This document shows positions 8,587-15,434 of a stretch of DNA of 23,562 nt, piece after piece. How positions within the stretch are numbered: position 1 is the first letter of the stretch; every line of letters begins with the position of its first letter. The notes beneath the pieces were generated by a model. The model was not told the DNA's origin. It made no database searches and saw only the letters and a list, made by a program, of their open reading frames with translations. A program made the translations under genes and the position numbers. This DNA is from Candidatus Eiseniibacteriota bacterium (GTDB lineage Bacteria; ARS69): NCBI GenBank assembly GCA_052390515.1, contig JBQTGV010000002.1, positions 1 through 23,562 on the forward strand. Reading direction: 5' to 3'.

Positions 8587-10042
8587 CGATGTCCTCTGGA
8601 TGCACGAACTCCAGTCCCTCGGCCGAGGACGCCATCTGCGCACGCTCGCCGCTCCCCTGCGAGAGGATCGTGTGGCACGCCCGGCAGTCGGAAGTGACCG
8701 CGCTCCCGTCTTCGCTGATCTTGTTCCCGTCGTGACACCGGAAGCAGCCCGGATTGATGAAGTGCCCGATGTTATCCGGATACTCGTCCCAGCGCACCTT
8801 CATCTCGGGAAACACGTTGGCCGAGAAGACGCGCTGCGTGCCGGCGATGGCACGCTCCACGTCCGTGCCTCGACTCTCCAGCACTTCCGGATACTCGTCA
8901 GCGTAGAAGCCCCGCAGGTTCTCCGCAATGGCCTCGAGGGCCTCGCTCTCGGTCTGGTACTCGGCGGCCACCGCCTCCACCGCGGCGCGCTTGACCTCGG
9001 GAAGGTCGGCGGGTACGTGCCCGGTGAGGAGCGCCATGTCGAGCGCGTAATCCGGCGAGTGAAACTTGTGGCTGGGCCTGTTGTGGCAGTCCATGCAGTC
9101 CATCACGCGCGGGGTGGCGGCGGCGATCTCCTCCTCGGACAGTGGATCTTCGGCGTCCTGATAGGTCGTCACTCGGCCGGTCGCGCGATCGGTGGACCGC
9201 ATCCAGGGAATGTCCTGCCGGCGTTCGTCGCGGGCGATGTACTCGACCTGCACGCCGATGTTCATGTGCCAGTGGATCCCGGCGGTCTGCCCGGTCTTGG
9301 GGTCCCCTCCGCCGGTCTTGATCAGCATGTTGATCGGCCAGTGAGTGTTGGCCTCGTCGTACATGTAGTGGTTGAACTGGCGCTGCTGTGCGCCGTAGAA
9401 GCGCTCCGGCCAGTGGCAGCGCTCGCAAGTCTCCTGGGCCGGCCGGAGGTTCTTGATCGGAGTCCCGATCGGCCGGGGATACTTGTCGAAGGCGGTCGCG
9501 TAGACCTGGTACGCGCCGGAGAGCTTCGACTTCGCGTACCAACTGGCCCCTTCGCCGACGTGGCACGCCGTGCAGGCCACCCGGGCATGCGAGGAGAGCT
9601 GGTAGGCGGTATACTCCGGCTTCATGACCGAGTGGCACGTGAGGCCGCAGAACGCGACGGACTCGGTGTGATGATACGCTTGATACGAACCGACCGCGCT
9701 CAGCGCGACGTACAGCAACGTCGCGGCGAGGAAGAGTCCCGCCGCTCGCCGATGAGCGGGCTTGTTCAGGTCCAGGTGCGGCCACTTCTGCACGCCGTCG
9801 ACGCCACGCTCGCGCAGCACGCGCGCTCGCCGGACCATGCCCCACGGAATGAGGAGCAGCCCCACCAGCGCGAAGGGCGGCAGCACCATGTGCATGAAGA
9901 TGCCGAAGTAGGGATTCGCGCCCACGCCGCCCACGCCCAGGAGCAGGAGCGTCACGAACGTCACAGCGGTGACGGCGAAGAGAGCGCAGCCGAAAATGGT
10001 GACTTTGTTGTAGAACAGCGTGGGGTAGCGGATCTCTTTCAT
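8531..10042 (-). CDS. imcH: ImcH-like inner-membrane heptaheme cytochrome c (NapC/NirT family quinol dehydrogenase)
   Basis: Start MKEIRYP at 10042. Three N-terminal hydrophobic helices, then TESVAFCGLTCHSVMKPEY (CxxxCH), CTACH, CERCH, GIHWHM, CMDCHNRPSH, CFRCH, CRACH and CYECH, giving 7 heme sites. This matches the 3-TM/7-heme architecture of Geobacter ImcH. Confidence 0.85.
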   Translation of the reverse strand: MKEIRYPTLFYNKVTIFGCALFAVTAVTFVTLLLLGVGGVGANPYFGIFMHMVLPPFALVGLLLIPWGMVRRARVLRERGVDGVQKWPHLDLNKPAHRRAAGLFLAATLLYVALSAVGSYQAYHHTESVAFCGLTCHSVMKPEYTAYQLSSHARVACTACHVGEGASWYAKSKLSGAYQVYATAFDKYPRPIGTPIKNLRPAQETCERCHWPERFYGAQQRQFNHYMYDEANTHWPINMLIKTGGGDPKTGQTAGIHWHMNIGVQVEYIARDERRQDIPWMRSTDRATGRVTTYQDAEDPLSEEEIAAATPRVMDCMDCHNRPSHKFHSPDYALDMALLTGHVPADLPEVKRAAVEAVAAEYQTESEALEAIAENLRGFYADEYPEVLESRGTDVERAIAGTQRVFSANVFPEMKVRWDEYPDNIGHFINPGCFRCHDGNKISEDGSAVTSDCRACHTILSQGSGERAQMASSAEGLEFVHPEDIDDEWRETGCYECHEGTQP

Positions 10043-10393
10043 CGGGGCGTGACGAGCCTCCGCGCCGCAACGGCGTCCGGCGAGACCGCGAATCGGGTGG
10101 CTCACCCTCAGCCGATCGACGTGCTCCCCACCGATATGGCGAATCGTGAGCAGCGTCAAGATGCTGCTCGGCCGCAGATTTCCGGACCGGCGCGCTCGGA
10201 AAGGAAGGCGCACGAGCCGGACGTCGGTTGCGTGTTGCGTATCAAACTGTTGTATATCAACAAGTTGAGAGACAGATGCAGCCGGCCGGAAAAAAGGCGA
10301 TTAGCCGGTCTCAAAACACTGGTCATCTCGGGGAATGACGTATAGATAGGTCCGGGACCAACGGGAGGCGGTCACGCTTCCGGGAGGGGTCAA
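10043..10393. promoter_or_regulatory. Divergent promoter region between the two cytochrome transcription units, with candidate regulator sites
   Basis: 351-bp non-coding gap and the most visibly AT-rich patch in the window. Direct repeat TGTTGCGTATCAA (10233-10245) / TGTTGTATATCAA (10248-10260), palindrome at 10148-10169, and GGGAGGGG RBS before ATG 10394. Confidence 0.55.
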
Positions 10394-11854
10394 ATGTCCA
10401 GCATTCGCAATGCCGGTGCAGGTCTTCTGGCACTCGCCCTGGTTCTGGCGGGATGCGCGGACGATGAGAAGATCGTCTACCGGGATCGTGAGGTGTTCAA
10501 TCCTCCACCCGACGCCGCTTCGGGTTTCCTCGGATACTTCGATCCGGCCGAGAAGCAGACGACCTGCGGGAACTGTCACGCCGACAAGCAGTCGGAGTGG
10601 GAAGGGACGGCGCACGCCGATGCGTACGCCACGCTCGAGGCGTCCGGGAGCGCGCAGAGCTTCTGCTACGGCTGCCATTCGGTGAGTCAGAACGGCAATC
10701 CGGTCGTCGATGCAGCCGGTTACAACGTCGTCGCCGATGCCGCGTACCACGACGTGCAGTGCGAAAGCTGCCACGGGCCCGGACTCGACCACGTGGAGAA
10801 CCCCAGCGCCTCACAGCCTCTTCCCGCGCTGGGAGTTCCGGCCTCGCTGGACAACGGGTGCGTCGAGTGCCACTCCGGAACCCACCATCCCTTCGCGGAG
10901 GAGTGGGCTCTCTCCCTGCATGCGACCGTCCAGACCTCAGCCGCCGGGCGCGCGGAGTGCGCAGGATGCCATCGTGGACAGGCGATCTTGGAGTCCTGGG
11001 GGGCCGATGCGGCGTACCTCGAGGAGAACTCGGCCGAACACCTGCCGATCACGTGCGGGGTCTGCCACGATCCTCACGAGGCGCGTTACGCCAGTCAACT
11101 TCGCTTCCCCGTGGACACGATCGATCCCGAGCTGCATCTCTGCGCTCGCTGCCACGATCGCCGGGTCAATCCCGACTCGACCTCGTCCCGCGGCCTGACG
11201 CCGCACGCTCCGGAGACGTCGCTCCTGCTCGGTGACGCGGGCTGGTTCCCTCCGGGAGTCTCGATCGACCCGGGCGAGATCGTCGCGTCCCATGGCTCCG
11301 CTGGGAACCCCAAGCTCTGCGCGACCTGCCACGTCAGCCAGTTCACCGTGGTCGATGCGGCGACCGGAGACTTCACGTTCCACTCCACGGGGCACCTGTT
11401 CACGGCGGTCCCGTGCGTCGACAGCCAGGGGATCCCGCAGCCGGGAACCTGCGGCTACTCGACCGCGGAGCGCTCGTATCAGGCCTGCACACAGTGCCAC
11501 CTGTCCGAGACGGCGGCGGCGGCGGCGCTCACTTCGCGGATCCTGCTCCTGGAGAGCCTGACGTCGGACCTGATCGCGTCGTTGCTGCTCGTCGACCCGA
11601 ACCTGGGCTCGGCCGGCGGGGAGATCGATCCCGCGAACCCGACGTTCACCGTGGCCGAGGGCGCGTACTTCAACTACAACCTGGCCATTCACGGCGGTGA
11701 CGTCGCGGCGGCGAGCGCGCACAACCCGTTCCTCATCACCGCGCTGCTGCTGGCCAGCTCGGACGCGGTGTTCGATACCTACGGGGTGAACCCGAACCCG
11801 TCGATGGACTGGGAGCGAGAGTTGCAGCAGCTCCTGGCCGACGCCGGACGTTAG
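10394..11854 (+). CDS. 9-heme cytochrome c lipoprotein
   Basis: Lipoprotein signal MSSIRNAGAGLLALALVLAG-C (LAGC). Motifs CGNCH, CYGCH, CESCH, CVECH, CAGCH, CGVCH, CARCH, CATCH and CTQCH, followed by a helical C-terminus with AYFNYNL...SAHNP. Confidence 0.92.
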   Translation: MSSIRNAGAGLLALALVLAGCADDEKIVYRDREVFNPPPDAASGFLGYFDPAEKQTTCGNCHADKQSEWEGTAHADAYATLEASGSAQSFCYGCHSVSQNGNPVVDAAGYNVVADAAYHDVQCESCHGPGLDHVENPSASQPLPALGVPASLDNGCVECHSGTHHPFAEEWALSLHATVQTSAAGRAECAGCHRGQAILESWGADAAYLEENSAEHLPITCGVCHDPHEARYASQLRFPVDTIDPELHLCARCHDRRVNPDSTSSRGLTPHAPETSLLLGDAGWFPPGVSIDPGEIVASHGSAGNPKLCATCHVSQFTVVDAATGDFTFHSTGHLFTAVPCVDSQGIPQPGTCGYSTAERSYQACTQCHLSETAAAAALTSRILLLESLTSDLIASLLLVDPNLGSAGGEIDPANPTFTVAEGAYFNYNLAIHGGDVAAASAHNPFLITALLLASSDAVFDTYGVNPNPSMDWERELQQLLADAGR

Positions 11855-11864
11855 GCAGAACGAG

Positions 11865-11891
11865 GGGGAGGGCCGAGCTCCGGTCCTCCCC
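11865..11891 (+). other. GC-rich stem-loop between the cytochrome and beta-barrel genes
   Basis: GGGGAGGGCCG-AGCTC-CGGTCCTCCCC: 11-bp stem with one G-U pair and no U-tract. Confidence 0.55.
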
Positions 11892-11900
11892 GCTCTCGCC

Positions 11901-13403
11901 ATGAGACTGCCACCGTTCCCTCTGCTGACGGTCCTTCTGCTCACGGCTGCGCCGGGCGGGGCGCGCGCGGAGGAGTACCGGCTCCGCGTCGACGCCCGCT
12001 TCCAGTCCGTCGGATTCCGCGGTGTTTCCCTCGACAGCATCCCGGCTGCCGATGCGGTCGTCGGAGAGAGCGGCGGTCTGGAGACGCCGGACGGGATCGC
12101 GGTGCGCTGCCCTCCCGGCTCCGCTCACTGCTTCTTCTTCCGCCCGGGCGAGAGACTGCGGGTCGCGCCGGTGGTCACCACGACGGATCTCACCTACTGG
12201 GGCTTCGGCGTTCCCGGTCTGAGCCTCCGCGCTTCCTCGCGGTTCGCGGGGGAGGCAGGCGATGCGAACGAGTGGCCGGGGACCGATCCGGCCGTACAGC
12301 TTCTCGTGGGCTACCTGGAGTACGCAGACTCGCGCGTCGGCGCGCGGGCCGGACGGCTGCAGGAGCCGACGCGCTTCGGTCTCGTCGGATACGACGGCGG
12401 CCGGGGCGAAGTCCGCGCGCGCGCAGGACGCATCCGCGCCGGCCTGTACGGGGGCTGGGGGCTCGCCCGTGCCTCCGCGCTTCCGCCGACGAGCTCCTCG
12501 CTCGATCCCCTCGACGACTTCCGGCCCCGCGAGCGCCAGCATCTCTTCGGCACCGACGTGCGCGTGTCCGTGGCGGGCACCGAGACCGTCGTGCTCTATC
12601 AGCGAGAGGTGGATCCGCGCGCCGACGACCTCGTCTCCGAGAGAGTCGGCGCCGAGTCGCGGTGGACCGCGCCGCTCGGACTCGTCGCTTCGGCCGGGGC
12701 CGACTACGACGTCGCCGCCGGCTACTGGGGAAGCGGCGAGACGCGCCTGGCGTGGTCTGGATCGGGGCTCATCGACGCCGCCGAGGTCGGGGCGCGCCGC
12801 TACCGGCCGCACTTCGATCTGTGGACGATCTGGGGCATGTTCAGTCCGGTGCCCTACCGGGCAATCTCCGGCGACATCGGCCTGCGGCCCCGGAGCGAGC
12901 TGCGGATCGGGCTCCGCGGCGAGACCTGGGACTTCGAGAACACCGGCGCCCACGCGCCGCTCGTGCGGAGCGAGGATGACGGCTGGCGATGGTCGGCGCT
13001 TGCCGAATGGACTCCGGAGCCGCCGTGGCGCGCGCGAGCCGGCCTTCACCAGGAGTTCGGGCCGGGGGCATCGTCGTTGGGCTACCAAGCGGGCGTCGAC
13101 TACGCGCTGGCGCACGGCTCGGTCGGCCTGGAGGCGAGCTACCTGCGACGGCCGCTCGAGTTCCGCTTCGACGAGTCGCGCGTGTGGACCTGGGGCGCAG
13201 CGGTCGAGCGCGACCTGCTTCGGAGCCTCCGCCTCTCCGCCGACCTCCGGCTCGTGAGCGAGTCACGAGAGCGGCCGGACGCGGCCGCGTTCGACTGGAA
13301 CCAGACGCGCGTCTCCCTCGCGGCGACATGGGCCTTCGGCTCGGCGACCGGTCGCCCCGTGCCGCCGGCGGTGCTGAGGATCCCCTCGAGACCCCGACTC
13401 TGA
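11901..13403 (+). CDS. Putative outer-membrane beta-barrel (porin of a porin-cytochrome conduit)
   Basis: Sec signal peptide (LLTVLLLTAAPGGARA). The mature part is rich in G/A/R/W/Y/F with many alternating amphipathic strands (LLVGYLEY, ARAGRL, YQAGVDYAL, VGLEASYL, RVSLAATWAF). No CxxCH and no TM helix. Lies directly downstream of a multiheme lipoprotein. Confidence 0.7.
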   Translation: MRLPPFPLLTVLLLTAAPGGARAEEYRLRVDARFQSVGFRGVSLDSIPAADAVVGESGGLETPDGIAVRCPPGSAHCFFFRPGERLRVAPVVTTTDLTYWGFGVPGLSLRASSRFAGEAGDANEWPGTDPAVQLLVGYLEYADSRVGARAGRLQEPTRFGLVGYDGGRGEVRARAGRIRAGLYGGWGLARASALPPTSSSLDPLDDFRPRERQHLFGTDVRVSVAGTETVVLYQREVDPRADDLVSERVGAESRWTAPLGLVASAGADYDVAAGYWGSGETRLAWSGSGLIDAAEVGARRYRPHFDLWTIWGMFSPVPYRAISGDIGLRPRSELRIGLRGETWDFENTGAHAPLVRSEDDGWRWSALAEWTPEPPWRARAGLHQEFGPGASSLGYQAGVDYALAHGSVGLEASYLRRPLEFRFDESRVWTWGAAVERDLLRSLRLSADLRLVSESRERPDAAAFDWNQTRVSLAATWAFGSATGRPVPPAVLRIPSRPRL

Positions 13404-13419
13404 CGCTGCCCCCCGCAGG

Positions 13420-13887
13420 TCACCGGCTCGCCGAGAGGGAGATGACCCGCGGACGAACGAGACGCTCGAACTCCCGGTACGGGAGACGGATCATCTCGGT
13501 GTGAGAGCCGGCGTTGAACGCGATCCGCTCGTCCTCGGAGAGCCGCTCGTCCACGTAGACCTCCATGTCGTAGAGGTTGCCGAAGGGCGGCATCGCGCCG
13601 ACTTCGCAGCCAGGAAACGCGTCACGGAAGTCGTCCTCGCCGGCCAGCTCCACCAGGTTCGCCTCGGTGGCGGCCCGGATCTGGTCGAGATCGACCAGCT
13701 CCGAAGCGGGCAGCACCATGAGCGCCAGGCGGCCGTCGATCCGCACGACCACCGTCTTCGCCACGTCCTTGCCGCGGATGTGGGCGGCCTGCGCCGTTCG
13801 CTGCGCGGTGTACGTCGGACGATGCGCGATCGTCTCGTATGGAACCTCGTTCCGATCCAGAAACTCGATCAGACGTCTGGCGATCAT
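13420..13887 (-). CDS. YbaK/ProX/EbsC family aminoacyl-tRNA deacylase-like protein
   Basis: ATG at 13887 after AGGAGG. Motifs FLDRNEVPYETIAH, VAKTVVV (conserved Lys), FPGCEVGAMPPFG (GxxxP loop) and FNAGSH. Confidence 0.88.
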   Translation of the reverse strand: MIARRLIEFLDRNEVPYETIAHRPTYTAQRTAQAAHIRGKDVAKTVVVRIDGRLALMVLPASELVDLDQIRAATEANLVELAGEDDFRDAFPGCEVGAMPPFGNLYDMEVYVDERLSEDERIAFNAGSHTEMIRLPYREFERLVRPRVISLSASR

Positions 13888-13919
13888 TCGGTGCCTCCTG
13901 TTGGCCTCGCCGGCGCAGC

Positions 13920-14618
13920 TCACGCGTCGCCCGACGTATGGCTCGCTCCGGCCTTCGCCTCCGCCCGGGCCGCCTCCAGGCGCTCGAGCAGCCAGCGCAT
14001 CCAGTTCTCGATTCCGTGCCCGGTCGTGCACGACATGCCGGCGATGGGCATCTCCGGCCGAACGCGCTCGACGTTCTCGCGGAAGTGATCGACGTCGAAC
14101 GGGACGTGCGGCAGCAGATCCAGCTTGTTCAGCACGACGAAGCCCGCCTTCAGGAACGTGGCCGGGTACTTCGACGGCTTGTCGTCGCCCTCGGTGACGC
14201 TGGTCACGACCACCTTGGCCGCCTCGCCCAGGTCGAAGCTCGAAGGACACACCAGGTTGCCCACGTTCTCGATGAAGAGCAGGTCGGGGTGCTCGTCGCC
14301 CCAGGCCTGCAGCGCCTCGGACACCATGCGCGCATCGAGGTGGCAAGCCCCTCCGGTCGTGATCTGACGGACCGGGAATCCGAACGGCTCCAGCCGCTTC
14401 GCGTCGTTCTCCGTCTCGATGTCTCCGGTGAGAACCGCGGCCCGGACCCCGCCCGGGATCCGAGCGAGGGTCCGCTCCAGCAGCGCCGTCTTACCCGATC
14501 CCGGAGAGCCGATCAGGTTGACGCACATCGTGCCGCTCTCCCGGTGGCGGCCTCTCAGCTCCGCCGCGATCTTGTCGTTCTCTTCCAGCACCTTGGTCTT
14601 CGCGCTCACGCGTGACAT
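13920..14618 (-). CDS. hypB: Hydrogenase nickel-insertion GTPase HypB
   Basis: Motifs GSPGSGKT, TGGACHLDA, ENVGNLVCP, EGDDKPSKYP and NKLDL. Start MSRVSAK at 14618. Confidence 0.95.
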   Translation of the reverse strand: MSRVSAKTKVLEENDKIAAELRGRHRESGTMCVNLIGSPGSGKTALLERTLARIPGGVRAAVLTGDIETENDAKRLEPFGFPVRQITTGGACHLDARMVSEALQAWGDEHPDLLFIENVGNLVCPSSFDLGEAAKVVVTSVTEGDDKPSKYPATFLKAGFVVLNKLDLLPHVPFDVDHFRENVERVRPEMPIAGMSCTTGHGIENWMRWLLERLEAARAEAKAGASHTSGDA

Positions 14619-14959
14619 GGTTCTTCCACCTCCAGCCAAGCGATCTCCAGCTCGTCGCCACGGACGAACTCCGTGGCCGACTCCCCGCAGCTCGGACAGC
14701 CCGGGGCAATCTCCGCCACCGCGAATTCCCCAGCGCAGCGCGAGCACCGGCGAACGTGCTCGACGCGCTCGATCTCGAGGAACAGGTCTTCCAGCTCCGT
14801 ACCCTTCACCAGCGCGTCGAACGCGAATCGGAGGGCCGGCTCGGCGACGCCGGAGACCTCCCCGACACGAACGCCGACGCCGGTGGGTCGTCCCGCGGAC
14901 CGGCGCCCCGTCATGCGGACGGAGTCCAGGATCGACTCGGCGATGGCGAGCTCATGCAT
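14606..14959 (-). CDS. hypA: Hydrogenase maturation nickel metallochaperone HypA
   Basis: N-terminal MHE, VGEVSGV, and two CxxC (CSRC, CPSC). Confidence 0.95.
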   Translation of the reverse strand: MHELAIAESILDSVRMTGRRSAGRPTGVGVRVGEVSGVAEPALRFAFDALVKGTELEDLFLEIERVEHVRRCSRCAGEFAVAEIAPGCPSCGESATEFVRGDELEIAWLEVEEPCHA

Positions 14960-15434
14960 GACCGTCCTCGCTCACCATCTCGACGATCCTCCGCACGGCG
15001 ACGTCGACCGCCCCATCGACGGCGGAGGTCATCGGACCGCCGATCGTCTCGCAGTCCGCGGCTTCGACGGCCACGATGACGACCTCCGTGGCGACCGGCA
15101 GGCGCATCGCGCGGGCGGCCTCCAGGGTCTCGAACAGGCCCACGGCGTGCGGCGACGCACCTCGCACGTGATCCACGTCCTCGGCGGCGACGACGTGCAG
15201 AGTGCCCGGCTCCGTCCGGCCCGTTCGCACCGTGTCCACCACCACGACCCGCTGCACGCCGAGCAGGTGGTCCATGAGACGGAAGCCCGCTTCGGACGTG
15301 ACGACCACGTCCAGCGCGCCGGCGAATCGCCGGCGGAGCTTCCGCGCCACCACGATGCCGAACGCGTCGTCGGCGAGCAGTTCGTTGCCGAGCGCGAGGA
15401 TCCGGATCTCGCTAGCCGCGATGGATGCGTCCAC
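14952..15434 (-). CDS. Hydrogenase maturation endopeptidase (HyaD/HycI family)
   Basis: Motifs LALGNELLADDAFG, VVVVDTV and SPHAVGL. Lies immediately downstream of the large subunit, which has a cleavable C-terminal extension. Confidence 0.92.
   Translation of the reverse strand: MDASIAASEIRILALGNELLADDAFGIVVARKLRRRFAGALDVVVTSEAGFRLMDHLLGVQRVVVVDTVRTGRTEPGTLHVVAAEDVDHVRGASPHAVGLFETLEAARAMRLPVATEVVIVAVEAADCETIGGPMTSAVDGAVDVAVRRIVEMVSEDGHA

Noticed and set aside
4404-10345. Long plus-strand ORFs antisense to the cytochromes (e.g. 4404-6425, 8549-10345)
   Set aside because: Antisense shadows. Their recurring VA/MA patterns are simply the reverse complement of CxxCH codons.
10394-11854. NrfA, octaheme nitrite reductase or HAO assignment for the 9-heme lipoprotein
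   Set aside because: No CxxCK motif and the heme count differs. Only the helical HNP tail is reminiscent.
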